A stretch of 64,000 nucleotides of DNA, taken from contig CAZYDR010000001.1 of assembly GCA_964645285.1 (NCBI GenBank), positions 4,182-68,181 of the forward strand. The letters run 5' to 3'. A program made the position numbers and the translations under genes. Below the pieces are notes generated by a model. The model saw only the letters and a program-made list of their open reading frames with translations. It ran no database searches and had not been told where the DNA came from. This stretch comes from an uncultured Alphaproteobacteria bacterium (GTDB lineage: Bacteria; Pseudomonadota; Alphaproteobacteria; JAAXGF01). This document shows positions 9,733-18,981 of this stretch, in pieces. Within the stretch, counting starts at the first letter, position 1. The number at the start of each line of letters is the position of its first letter.

Positions 9733-10656
9733 ATGAAACTGGGAATCAGTCTGCCCGGAACCGACCTTGGCCCCGACCCTTTGGCGCTGCGGGACTTCAC
9801 CCAGCTCTCCGAGGAACTCGGTTACGACCATTTGGCGGTCTACGAGAACACCCTGAACATCAACCCGGTGAGCCTGCCCGACTGGGACGGCGTCGAGGAG
9901 CCCGGCAGTTCCTACCACGACCCCTTTGTCCTGCTCGGTTATCTAGCGGGGCAGACCACATACATCGAGCTCTCGGTGCAGGTGCTCGTGCTGGCCCAGC
10001 GTCAGACTGCCCTGGTCGCCAAACAGGCGGCCTCGCTGGATTTTCTGAGCGGCGGGCGGCTTCGCCTTGGCGTCGGGATTGGATGGGACGAGAAACAATT
10101 TATCGCCCTTGATGCGGATTTCTCCAGCCGGGGCGCGCGCTCGGCGGAACAGATCGATGTCATGAAGGCGTTGTGGCGCGACCAGTACGTGGATTTCGAC
10201 GGCAAATGGCACCGCATTCCCGATGCCGGGATCAACCCTCGGCCGACCGGCAATTCCCTGGAGGTCTGGTTCGGCGGCAAGCACGACAACGTGCTGCAAC
10301 GCATTGCCCGGATCGGTGACGGCTGGATGCCGCTGCACCTTGCCGCCGCCGATGACGCCCCGCGTGAGATCGCCCGGCGCGAGATCGAGACCCTGATGGG
10401 CTACGCCGAGACCAACGGGCGCGGCCGTGACGAGATCGGTATCGACGGCTGGGTTTCCATGGGCGCCGGGACCGCCGACGACTGGCGCCGGGAAATCCTC
10501 GGCTGGCGCGAGCTGGGCGCCAGCCATATCACCCTCAACACCGCTTTCGATGTGGGTCACCACAGCCGTATTGCGGGGCGGAACTTCGACGATCACGCCG
10601 CCGCCATACGGGAATACATGGCCGTGGTGAAGGATCTGTTCGAAACCTCCAACTGA
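9733..10656 (+). CDS. LLM-class (luciferase-like) F420/flavin-dependent oxidoreductase
   Basis: MKLGISLPG...LRLGVGIGWDEKQF...WFGG is the characteristic TIM-barrel LLM family. Confidence 0.75.
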   Translation: MKLGISLPGTDLGPDPLALRDFTQLSEELGYDHLAVYENTLNINPVSLPDWDGVEEPGSSYHDPFVLLGYLAGQTTYIELSVQVLVLAQRQTALVAKQAASLDFLSGGRLRLGVGIGWDEKQFIALDADFSSRGARSAEQIDVMKALWRDQYVDFDGKWHRIPDAGINPRPTGNSLEVWFGGKHDNVLQRIARIGDGWMPLHLAAADDAPREIARREIETLMGYAETNGRGRDEIGIDGWVSMGAGTADDWRREILGWRELGASHITLNTAFDVGHHSRIAGRNFDDHAAAIREYMAVVKDLFETSN

Positions 10657-10675
10657 GCGATAGAAGGTAGAAAAG

Positions 10676-12676
10676 ATGTCCGTAACCCACTTGGAAATCC
10701 TCGACCGTCAGCCGTATGAGAACGGGCGATCCTTCGGCGAGGTCGGGCCCTTTGAGCGTATCGACGCCATCGCCCATTATGCGGTCGATCCGGGACATGC
10801 GGCGAACCAGGGCATCGTCGATCTCGCCCTGGCGGAACGGAACGACGAGGGCCGAGTCCGGTTCAGCGGTGATATGACCTTGCTGATGCCGCGGCAAGCT
10901 GATCGGGGCAACCGGGCGCTGATCATGCATGTGCCCAACCGCGGTGGGCGGCAGCTGTCGCGGTTGAATCTCTACCCGCGGGAAAGCCCGGTTTCCGCGG
11001 CCGTGGAGCCGGGCGACGGCTTCCTCTTTGAGCACGGCTGGACTGTCGGCTGGGCGGCATGGCAGTGGGACGTTCCACGATCCCCCGAACGGGTGCGGAT
11101 CGGCCTGGCGGCCCCCGAAGTACCCCTGGCGGCGCGTCAACCGGACGGCCGTATGCAGCTCAGACTGCAGATCTTCCGCTCGAGTTCCAGTCTGCCCCTG
11201 ACCGATCAGCACGTCGGCCCCCACGGCGATCACCGCCTGATCCGAAGCGCCGATGTGAACGACGCCGAGGCCACGCTTTTGGTGCGCCGTGGACCCTATG
11301 GCGAAGCGCGCACCATTGCGCGCGACCGCTGGCGCTTCGCCCGGGCGGTTGACGGCCAGGCGGTCGAGGACGACGGGCACATCTGGCTGGACGGCGGGTT
11401 TGAAGCCGGCCTGACCTACGATGTGTTGTACACGCCGCTGAACTGCCCCGTGGTCGGCGCCGGACTGCTGGCGACCCGAGACCTAGCGTCGTATCTGCGC
11501 TACGATGAGGGCGCGCCCACGGCCGGCGCGATCAACCATGCCATCGCCGAGGGCCAGTCCCAGTGCGGCCGCTTCCTGCGGACATTTCTCCATCTCGGCC
11601 TCAACAACGACGAAGCGGATCGGCCCGTATTCGACGGCGTGCTCGCCCATATCGCCGGCGGCCGGCGCGGCGAGTTCAACAACCGCCATGGTCAACCCTC
11701 GGTACAGCCGACACCGCTATTTGGCCATCTGTTCCCCTTCGCCGACGATCCGCAAACCGACCCCTTGACCGGCCAGACCGGTGGTCTGCTGGACCGCCTG
11801 CGGCAAAACGGCGGGGTGCCCAAGATTTTCTACACCGACACGTCGTCGGAATACTGGCGGGGCGATGCCTCGCTCAGCCACACCGATCTTGCGTCGGGCG
11901 GTGACTGTGCGTTGCCCGGCGAGGTCCGGCGTTACCTGTTCTCCTCGACCCAGCATAGCGCCGGCGAGGTGCCGCTAACCAATCAGACGGTATTCGGCGG
12001 CATTGGGACGGTCCCGGTGAACATTGTCGATTACCGCCCGCTCTATCGCGCCGCCCTGGCCAATCTGCTCGCCTGGATCGCCGATGGCTATGAGCCGCCG
12101 GCGAGCGCTTACCCCCAGGCATCGACGGGCACTCGCGGAACCCGGCGTGACGTCATGGCAACCCTGTCCGCCATTCCCGGTCTCGCCCTGCCCGACGCCG
12201 ACGTGCTGACAACCATGTATCCCCTCGACCTTGGGGCGTTTGCCGACAGCGGCATCGCCACACCGCCGGCGAAGGTCGGTCCAACGGCCTATCCGGACTG
12301 GGTCTCGTCGGTCGATGCAAATGGCAACGAAGCAGCCGGCATTGCCATGCCCGACATCACCGTGCCGGTGGCCACCCACACCGGCTTCAACCCGCGCCAT
12401 CCGGACATCGGCGGGCCCGGCGAGATGCTCGAATACATCGGCTCGACAGTGCCCTTCGCGCTGACCGAGGAGGCCCGCGCCGCGGCCAACGACCCGCGAC
12501 CCTCCCTGGCCGAACGTTACGCCGGCCGCGACGACTATCTCGCCCAGGTCCGACAGGCGGCACAGGCCCTGGTCGGCCAGCGCTACCTGCTGGCCCAGGA
12601 CATCGATGTCTGCCTTGAAATTGCCGCCGAGCGTTATGACGCCTGCCTGGCCGAGCCGTCAGCGGATCGGGCATAA
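10676..12676 (+). CDS. conserved hypothetical protein, putative alpha/beta-hydrolase-domain protein of unknown function
   Basis: The blocks HYAVDPGHAANQGIVDL, LIMHVPNRGG and DGFLFEHGWTVGWAAWQWDV recall the family annotated as 'alpha/beta hydrolase domain-containing protein'. No catalytic assignment is possible from sequence alone. Confidence 0.5.
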   Translation: MSVTHLEILDRQPYENGRSFGEVGPFERIDAIAHYAVDPGHAANQGIVDLALAERNDEGRVRFSGDMTLLMPRQADRGNRALIMHVPNRGGRQLSRLNLYPRESPVSAAVEPGDGFLFEHGWTVGWAAWQWDVPRSPERVRIGLAAPEVPLAARQPDGRMQLRLQIFRSSSSLPLTDQHVGPHGDHRLIRSADVNDAEATLLVRRGPYGEARTIARDRWRFARAVDGQAVEDDGHIWLDGGFEAGLTYDVLYTPLNCPVVGAGLLATRDLASYLRYDEGAPTAGAINHAIAEGQSQCGRFLRTFLHLGLNNDEADRPVFDGVLAHIAGGRRGEFNNRHGQPSVQPTPLFGHLFPFADDPQTDPLTGQTGGLLDRLRQNGGVPKIFYTDTSSEYWRGDASLSHTDLASGGDCALPGEVRRYLFSSTQHSAGEVPLTNQTVFGGIGTVPVNIVDYRPLYRAALANLLAWIADGYEPPASAYPQASTGTRGTRRDVMATLSAIPGLALPDADVLTTMYPLDLGAFADSGIATPPAKVGPTAYPDWVSSVDANGNEAAGIAMPDITVPVATHTGFNPRHPDIGGPGEMLEYIGSTVPFALTEEARAAANDPRPSLAERYAGRDDYLAQVRQAAQALVGQRYLLAQDIDVCLEIAAERYDACLAEPSADRA

Positions 12677-12744
12677 GTCATACCGTAGATCAGCGTGCCG
12701 GCATCGACTTACTCACCGGGCAATCCGCTGTCCAACCACGCCGA

Positions 12745-14058
12745 TTAGCCCGTACCGGGCTTCTCCAGCCGCGCCATCACCTGCTTCGCACTTGCTATGA
12801 GGGGCGCGAACCAGGAGCGGCCGCTATAGAACGGCATGGTCTTGAACGGCAGTTCGTCGAACGCGGTCTCGCTGCCCGGCTCTCCCATCAGCCTGAGGGC
12901 AACCTTGTTGCCAAGATGGGTCCCGGTGGGCAGGCCGCCGCCGTTCATGCCGAGGACGTAATAGACGCCGTCGTGGCGGCCGATATGGGGCAGCGTATCG
13001 AAGGTCAGCCCCAACTGCCCGTGCCAGTAATGGCTCAAACCGACATCGGCGAGTTGCGGGTGGATCTCGCACATCTCGCCATGCAGCGCCGTGGCAATAC
13101 GGCGGTCGCGGTAGAGCGGGCGGATCGTCTGACCGAGAAACAGGATCCGCGGCTCGTCCGGGGCGATGCACCACGAATGGAAGTTGTTGCGTACATCGAG
13201 GTTGACGCGGCCGCTCGGGAAGAGCTCCGCCAGGGTCTCTTGGGGCAGCGGCTCGGTGGCCACCATATGGGCGTTGACCGGGATGATGCGGCGCCTGAGG
13301 AAGGGCGTTTCCTTGCCGATGTAGCCGTTGGTCGCGACCACCACGTCGCCCGCCTCGATCGTCCCCCGGCTGGTCGCCACGTCGAAGGTTTGTGCCCGTT
13401 GCTCGATACCGAGGACGCGGGTATGGTCAAGGATCGTCGCGCCCGCCGCCTCGACCCGGTCGATCAGGCCATCGACCAGCAGCGCCGGATGACAGGCGCC
13501 GGTGCCGGGAAACGCGACGCCGCCATAATAGAAATCCGACCCGGTCTCGCGCCGCTTGTCCTCGGGGCCGATGACATAGCCCTCGACGCCGGCGTGCTCC
13601 CGCATGAACTCCAGATCGCGGGTCTTGTACTCAAGCTGCTCGCGGTTGTAGGCCCAATAGACCCGGCCGCACTGGCGGTACTGGCAATGGATTTGCTCGC
13701 GTTCGATCAGCTCGGTGACATATTTGAAGGCGGCGTGGGTCTCGCGATATATGCCGGCCGCCCGCTCCATGCCGTGGCGCTTGGCCAGATCGACGAACGA
13801 GGCCATGGGCGCCACACCGACATAGCCGTGGTTTCGCGAGCTGGCGCCGAAGCCGGGCGCCTCGGCGTCAAGAACAACCACCTCGCGCCCATGGCGGGCC
13901 AGGGTCAAGGCCGCCGACAGTCCGGTGAACCCGGAGCCGACCACCACCACATCGGCCTTGGCCGGCAGCATGGCGTCGGCGCTCTCGGGCCGCCGCGGCG
14001 CTGCTTCCCACCAATAGGGTTCCTCCTTGAATCCGGAGGCGAATACCGATCCGGTCAT
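12745..14058 (-). CDS. FAD-dependent oxidoreductase (DAO / glycine-D-amino-acid oxidase family)
   Basis: Rossmann dinucleotide motif DVVVVGSGFTGLSAALTLA near the N-terminus. The start is reassigned to MTGSVF, which has a GGAG RBS; the longer ORF start at 14193 is an Arg-rich overextension. Confidence 0.75.
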   Translation of the reverse strand: MTGSVFASGFKEEPYWWEAAPRRPESADAMLPAKADVVVVGSGFTGLSAALTLARHGREVVVLDAEAPGFGASSRNHGYVGVAPMASFVDLAKRHGMERAAGIYRETHAAFKYVTELIEREQIHCQYRQCGRVYWAYNREQLEYKTRDLEFMREHAGVEGYVIGPEDKRRETGSDFYYGGVAFPGTGACHPALLVDGLIDRVEAAGATILDHTRVLGIEQRAQTFDVATSRGTIEAGDVVVATNGYIGKETPFLRRRIIPVNAHMVATEPLPQETLAELFPSGRVNLDVRNNFHSWCIAPDEPRILFLGQTIRPLYRDRRIATALHGEMCEIHPQLADVGLSHYWHGQLGLTFDTLPHIGRHDGVYYVLGMNGGGLPTGTHLGNKVALRLMGEPGSETAFDELPFKTMPFYSGRSWFAPLIASAKQVMARLEKPGTG

Positions 14059-14074
14059 GGTGCTGCTCCTATCC

Positions 14075-14407
14075 CTAGACCGCGTCGTCGAACCAGCTTT
14101 CGCCGGCCTCCCCGTGTTCGGCGATGGAGTCTTTGTAGCGTTGCTGAGTTTCCGGCGCCGCATCGGTCTGGTGGTTGGCCTTCCACTCGGCATAGGTCAT
14201 GCCGTAGATCAGCGTGCGGGCATCGTCGTAGCTGATCTCGTCGCCATGCTCGGCGGCCGCCGCGCGATACCACTTGGACAGGCAGTTGCGGCAGAATCCG
14301 GCGTTGTTCATGACGTCGATATTCTGCACGTCGGTGCGCTGGCGGAAGTGATGGACCATGCGGCGGAACACAGCGGCCTCGACTTCAGTGCGGGTCTGAT
14401 TGTCCAT
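14075..14407 (-). CDS. DUF1244 family protein
   Basis: The blocks FRRMVHHFRQRTDVQNIDVMNNAGFCRNCLSKWY match the DUF1244 family. Its last 8 codons are duplicated at 9600..9624. Confidence 0.7.
   Translation of the reverse strand: MDNQTRTEVEAAVFRRMVHHFRQRTDVQNIDVMNNAGFCRNCLSKWYRAAAAEHGDEISYDDARTLIYGMTYAEWKANHQTDAAPETQQRYKDSIAEHGEAGESWFDDAV
14077..14101. repeat. 25-nt direct repeat copy B (inside the 3' end of the DUF1244 gene)
   Basis: AGACCGC[G]TCGTCGAACCAGCTTTC; partner of 9600..9624. Confidence 0.7.
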
Positions 14408-14471
14408 TTATTATCTCCCTCTGGATTGGTTCACTCGACACGGCGCATGTATCGATCCCGGTTTATTGTTA

Positions 14472-14515
14472 GCGCCGACAATTCATGGAATCGATTTCGT
14501 GGTCAAGGTCGAACC
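14472..14515. repeat. solo copy of a ~44-bp IS30-like element terminus
   Basis: GCGCCGACAATTCATGGAATCGATTTCGTGGTCAAGGTCGAACC matches 20526..20569 at 41/44 in the same orientation. The partner copy abuts an IS30 transposase remnant. Confidence 0.6.
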
Positions 14516-14531
14516 CGGAACCCAAGGGGTA

Positions 14532-14864
14532 TCACGCCGATGGCACCAACAGATAAGGCGCGGCCCCGTCGCACTGTGACACGGAAACCCTGCTATTGAT
14601 CTCAAGCGGAGCCCGGGACGCGCCCATAAGCTGGACCTCGGCGGCGCCATGGAGTTGGACCATGGCGATATAGAACGGAACCTCGCCCGTCGGGCTATAG
14701 ACCGGGGATCGGTCCACGCGGGTGACAGCCGTCACGGAACCGCTCGCAGGGAGTGAAACGGGTTCGCATTGTTCGGCGCCACAGCCCGCGCAGGCATAAC
14801 GGCCGCGCAGCCGGTGGGTGCCGCAACTCTGGCAGCGATCGACAAGAAGGCTGTGGTCCGACAT
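14532..14864 (-). CDS. DUF35 Zn-ribbon/OB-fold protein (thiolase-like aldolase partner)
   Basis: A CxxC...CxxC zinc ribbon (CQSCGTHRL...CAGCGAEQCE) followed by an OB-fold tail. It sits immediately downstream of an SCP2-thiolase-like gene, as is usual for DUF35. Confidence 0.75.
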   Translation of the reverse strand: MSDHSLLVDRCQSCGTHRLRGRYACAGCGAEQCEPVSLPASGSVTAVTRVDRSPVYSPTGEVPFYIAMVQLHGAAEVQLMGASRAPLEINSRVSVSQCDGAAPYLLVPSA

Positions 14865-14867
14865 TGG

Positions 14868-16004
14868 CTAGGCCTCCAGAACAATCGAGACATGGGACGA
14901 AAACACGCCGCCATCGGCGTGGAGGAACGCGGCAGGCCGGCGGGCGGCCCCAGTCGCATCGTCCTCACGAGCCGCCCGGACGATCTCGACCAGATGGGCC
15001 AGACCGCCGGCGACGCCGCTATGGCCGTAGGACAACAGGCCGCCATGGGTGTTCAGCGGCAGGTCGCCGTCGCCATCAAAGCGGCCCTCTTTGGCGTCGC
15101 TCGTCGCCTGCCCGGCGGCGCTGACGCCGCACGCCTCAAGCAGTATGGCCAGGGTCACCGTGAAGCTGTCGTAAATCGCGACGCGGCCCATATCCGCCAT
15201 ACGCCGGCCGGCGGTGTCCAGGGCGGTGCGTGAGGCCCGCACAGCACCCTCGGCAATATCCGCCGGGGCGGCGCTCATGTGCTGGTGGGTGTGTGACTGA
15301 CCGGTTCCGGTGACCCGCAGCGCCGGGCCACGGGCGGGAGGCGTGGCGGAGACCACAACCGCCGCGCCGCCATCAGAGACCGGACAGCAGTCGAGCAGTT
15401 TCAGGGGCGTGGCAATGGGCTTGCTCGCCATGACCTCGGCGACCGTGATCGGCTTCGAGAAATGGGCGCCGGGCGTCGCTGCCGCATGGCGGCGCATGAG
15501 CACCGCGAACTCGGCCAGATCGACCTCGGACAAGCCCGTCCGGTGAAGGTAGGCCGAGGCGACGAGGCCGTAATAAGCCGGAACGGAAGCACCGTTCGGC
15601 GCCTCGTGCAGGGGGTCACCGACCTCGGACAGGACCCGCGTGGTCGCCGCGCCGGTTTGCCCGCTGAGGCGATTCTCGCCGGCGACTACGAGGATGGTCT
15701 CCGCGGCGCCGGACGCAATCAGATGGCGGGCTAGGGCGACCATGGCCAGCCCCGAGGCGCCGCCAACCGAAATGCCGTAGGCGCAGCTGGGCTGCAACGC
15801 GAAGGCCTCGGCGAAGCGCGTGGCGGGCATGAGGTGCGGCGCCGTAGTCGCGTAGCCGACAAGCAGGCCGTCGATCTGCCGGCGCTGCAAACCGCTGTCG
15901 GCCAAAGCCGCGCTGGCGGCCCGGGCCTGAAGATCGAGGGCGGAGGCCGGGCCAAGCTTGCCGAATTCGGTCAGCCCGACGCCGCAAATATAGGCGTCCC
16001 TCAT
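14868..16004 (-). CDS. thiolase-like lipid-transfer protein (SCP-x/Ltp-type aldolase-thiolase)
   Basis: MRDAYICGVGLTEFGK... is a thiolase fold lacking the canonical biosynthetic thiolase motifs, like Ltp2-type proteins. Confidence 0.8.
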   Translation of the reverse strand: MRDAYICGVGLTEFGKLGPASALDLQARAASAALADSGLQRRQIDGLLVGYATTAPHLMPATRFAEAFALQPSCAYGISVGGASGLAMVALARHLIASGAAETILVVAGENRLSGQTGAATTRVLSEVGDPLHEAPNGASVPAYYGLVASAYLHRTGLSEVDLAEFAVLMRRHAAATPGAHFSKPITVAEVMASKPIATPLKLLDCCPVSDGGAAVVVSATPPARGPALRVTGTGQSHTHQHMSAAPADIAEGAVRASRTALDTAGRRMADMGRVAIYDSFTVTLAILLEACGVSAAGQATSDAKEGRFDGDGDLPLNTHGGLLSYGHSGVAGGLAHLVEIVRAAREDDATGAARRPAAFLHADGGVFSSHVSIVLEA

Positions 16005-16393
16005 GGCTGCGCCTTGTCACTGTCGGGCGTGAAGCTGCCGGCGATGGCCGCTTCGCCGTCCTCCCGTTCGACGGTCAAGCGCAGGGCGCCGGCGGCGTCA
16101 GGCTCGAGAACAACCCGAACCGCATCGCCCACGAAAATCGGCTTGAGAAACCGGACCTCGGCGCGGCCCGCGAGGAAGGCGGTCTCGCCGACAAAGCGGC
16201 GCAGCTCGGAAAGCGCCCGCGCCAGAGAGAGCGTTCCGTGGGCGATAGGCCGGCCCATGGCCGTGGTGGCGGCGAAGTCCGGGTCGAGATGGATCGGGTT
16301 CATGTCGCCGGTCAGGGCCGCGTAGGCCTCGGTGCGCGAGCGGTCAACTCGGACCCAGTCGGTGACATGGCGCGGCGCCATTATTTCGCCCAT
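16001..16393 (-). CDS. MaoC-family (R)-hydratase hotdog protein
   Basis: The MaoC dehydratase signature LTGDMNPIHLDPDFAATTAMGRPIAHG is present. Confidence 0.75.
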   Translation of the reverse strand: MGEIMAPRHVTDWVRVDRSRTEAYAALTGDMNPIHLDPDFAATTAMGRPIAHGTLSLARALSELRRFVGETAFLAGRAEVRFLKPIFVGDAVRVVLEPDAAGALRLTVEREDGEAAIAGSFTPDSDKAQP

Positions 16394-16767
16394 AGGAAAC
16401 TCATTTCGCCCTCGACAACCATCTCGCTATCCGATGTCAGGGTCAGGCCGAAGGTGACCCAGGGCCGGCCTTTCTTACGCTCCTTTGCGATGCACCGGGC
16501 ACGGGCCATGAAGCGGTCCCCCGGCGCCAGAAGCCGCCCCACGGTCAGGCTCTGGCCGGCATGGATATTCCCCGGCGGGCGCGGCGAAATGATGGAAATA
16601 TAGGCGCGCATCATCATGCCGATAGTCATTTCGACACGGCCATCAAAGTCGCCCATGTCCGGAAAGGCTTTACCTAGGTGATCGCGCGCGTCGTCGGTCA
16701 CGACCATCTCGCGTGTACCGATCTCGTGGCCGACCTGGAAATCGTCGAAAGTGAGAACTTTGCTCAT
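16381..16767 (-). CDS. hotdog-fold protein (MaoC N-terminal-like hydratase partner subunit)
   Basis: 128-aa hotdog-fold protein overlapping the MaoC gene start; this pairing is typical of heteromeric ChsH1/ChsH2-like enoyl-CoA hydratases. Confidence 0.65.
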   Translation of the reverse strand: MSKVLTFDDFQVGHEIGTREMVVTDDARDHLGKAFPDMGDFDGRVEMTIGMMMRAYISIISPRPPGNIHAGQSLTVGRLLAPGDRFMARARCIAKERKKGRPWVTFGLTLTSDSEMVVEGEMSFLWAK

Positions 16768-16834
16768 GGTACCGCCTGCCGCTCAACATCGGTGTCGAGC
16801 GCTAGAGTGTATCCCGATAATGTAGGAAAATGCT

Positions 16835-18478
16835 CTAGGCGTTGCCCTCGCCGTGAACCACCCTGCCGCCGACAATGGTGGTGTCCACCTGAACCTCCTT
16901 AAGAGCATCGATCGGAATCTCGAATGGGTTTCGGTCGAGTACGATGACGTCGGCCAGCTTGCCGGTCTCGATCGAGCCCTTGCTGTCTTCCTCGAACCCG
17001 GCGCGGGCCGAGAAGGTCGTATAGAGCCGGATGCCGTCCATCACGGTGAGCGCTTCCTCGGGGCAGATTAGGCGGCCGCTCCGGGTCTCGCGGGCGACAG
17101 TGCACCAGATGCTCCACCACGGGTTCAACGCCTCGGGCTCGGTGCCCATGGAATCCGAATTGCCCGGCGGCATGAAGCCTTCGTCCAGCAGAGTGCGATA
17201 GGGCGCCGCCTTGTCGCCCTGGTTGGCGGTCTCGAGCCAGCCGTCGCCATACCAGCCTAGCGAACTGTAGGGCGTCGGCACCGGGATGATTCCCAACTCC
17301 TTGAGTCGGGCCAGCCCTTCGGGCCAATAGTCGCCGGCGAAATGTTCGATGCGGTGGCGATGATCGGCGCGCGGCGCCGCGTCCAGGGTGGTGCTGACCG
17401 CCTCGATGGCCATGGCCTGAGCGTCACGGGAGATGGCGTGCATCATCATGCGGATGCCGGATTTGTGAGCGCCGGCAACCAGATCGTTCAACTCGTCCTG
17501 GCTGAGGCGCATCCATTCCTGGTGAACGCCGTCGGCATCGCGCCCGGCGCCGTCGATGAACATCTTGGCGCTGCCGAATTTGAGCCAGTCGTTGCCGAAG
17601 CCAGTCTGCATTCCGAGGTTGATCAAGCCTTCGAGATCAACCGTGCGATACATTCCCCAGACGCAGGGGCAAAGCTGCACCCGGAGCGGCAGTTCGCCGT
17701 CGCGGTAGAGGTCCTGATAAATTCGCGTGCTCTCGGGCCAGCTCAGGAACTCGTGGATGCCGGTGATGCCGAACGCGGAGGCCTCGCCTAGGGTCTCGCG
17801 AATGGCGCCCTTGAGGGTGTAGTAGGGCCACGGGTTATGTTTGCGAAAAATCCAGTCGATGGCCTCGTGAATGATGCCCGTGGGCTCGCCGCTCGCCGTA
17901 TCGCGAACGATGCGACCGCCGTTGGCGACCGCGTGGAGTTCGGCGTCGGTCGGCGAATCCCTGGTTATGCCGGCCATGGCGAGGGCCTTGCCGTTCAACA
18001 TCTGACAGTGGGCGCTGTAGCGAACCATAAGCGGATGATCCGGCGCCGCCGCGTCGAAATCCGCCCGGCTCGGCGAGTTGCCGTCGGCCTCCAGAGGGAA
18101 ACGGCCCTGGCCGATGATCCACCGACCTTTGGGCGTGCGCGCAGCCTCGTCCCTGACCCAGGCGAGAATGGCCTCGCGGGTGTCGCCACCGCCCGAGACG
18201 CCGACATATTCGACCGGCGGGATATGGCAGCTCCCGGCCAGCTTGGTGTGGGTCGCCGTGCAATCGAGATGGATGTGGGTATCGATGAACCCCGGCAACG
18301 CGACGCGGCCCTTGAGGTCGATCACCCGCGTCTGGTCACCGATCAAGGCGTCCATGTCGGACCCGGCGCCCAGCGCAACGATGCGCTCGCCGTTAAAGGC
18401 GGCCGCTTCGACAGTCGTGCCGGCGGCATCCATGGTGACAATTTGGCCGTTCGTCAGAACCATATCCGCAGTCATCAT
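16835..18478 (-). CDS. amidohydrolase-family metal-dependent hydrolase
   Basis: The N-terminal metal-binding HxH lies in LPGFIDTHIHLD; 547 aa, amidohydrolase_3-like architecture. Confidence 0.8.
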   Translation of the reverse strand: MMTADMVLTNGQIVTMDAAGTTVEAAAFNGERIVALGAGSDMDALIGDQTRVIDLKGRVALPGFIDTHIHLDCTATHTKLAGSCHIPPVEYVGVSGGGDTREAILAWVRDEAARTPKGRWIIGQGRFPLEADGNSPSRADFDAAAPDHPLMVRYSAHCQMLNGKALAMAGITRDSPTDAELHAVANGGRIVRDTASGEPTGIIHEAIDWIFRKHNPWPYYTLKGAIRETLGEASAFGITGIHEFLSWPESTRIYQDLYRDGELPLRVQLCPCVWGMYRTVDLEGLINLGMQTGFGNDWLKFGSAKMFIDGAGRDADGVHQEWMRLSQDELNDLVAGAHKSGIRMMMHAISRDAQAMAIEAVSTTLDAAPRADHRHRIEHFAGDYWPEGLARLKELGIIPVPTPYSSLGWYGDGWLETANQGDKAAPYRTLLDEGFMPPGNSDSMGTEPEALNPWWSIWCTVARETRSGRLICPEEALTVMDGIRLYTTFSARAGFEEDSKGSIETGKLADVIVLDRNPFEIPIDALKEVQVDTTIVGGRVVHGEGNA

Positions 18479-18981
18479 TCCCAGTCCTTTCTTGCCTTTG
18501 AACAGAGCAATGTCTTGGCGTCATAGGGCCGCCGATAACCTGGACAGCGCCCACGACCTTCCGCTCCGCGGCATAATCGGTGACAGCCATCAGATACGAC
18601 CGCTACCCAGGGTGTCGTTGACCTAAATTAAGTTCGAGGGTGGTGATGCGGCCTGATGGATGGCCCGCGCTCTAGTCGAGACCCAATACGGTCTCTTCAA
18701 TGAGAAAATCGACCACCGCCTCAAGCGCCTCGTGGCCGTCGGCGCCGCCGGTCTTGGCGGTTTAGTTCCTTGACCCCGAACCGACTTTGTCACAACGACC
18801 ACTCTGCGCTACCATACTCGACTTCGCCCGCATACCAGCCCGACAGTTGGCACGGCGGGGAGGCAAACCGTTATTTCACGTTCGAGCACGACGGCGAAAA
18901 GCGACCCAGTACTGGCTTTATTTTGCAAGCCCCTTCAGCAACAAGCGGCCTTGCCCGCGGAAACCGTGATGGAGTTGAATC

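Noticed and set aside
14027-14599. 190-aa plus-strand ORF spanning the DUF1244 gene and the IS30-like terminus
   Set aside because: It lies antisense to the DUF1244 CDS and runs through an intergenic repeat; no homology signal. It is an artefact.
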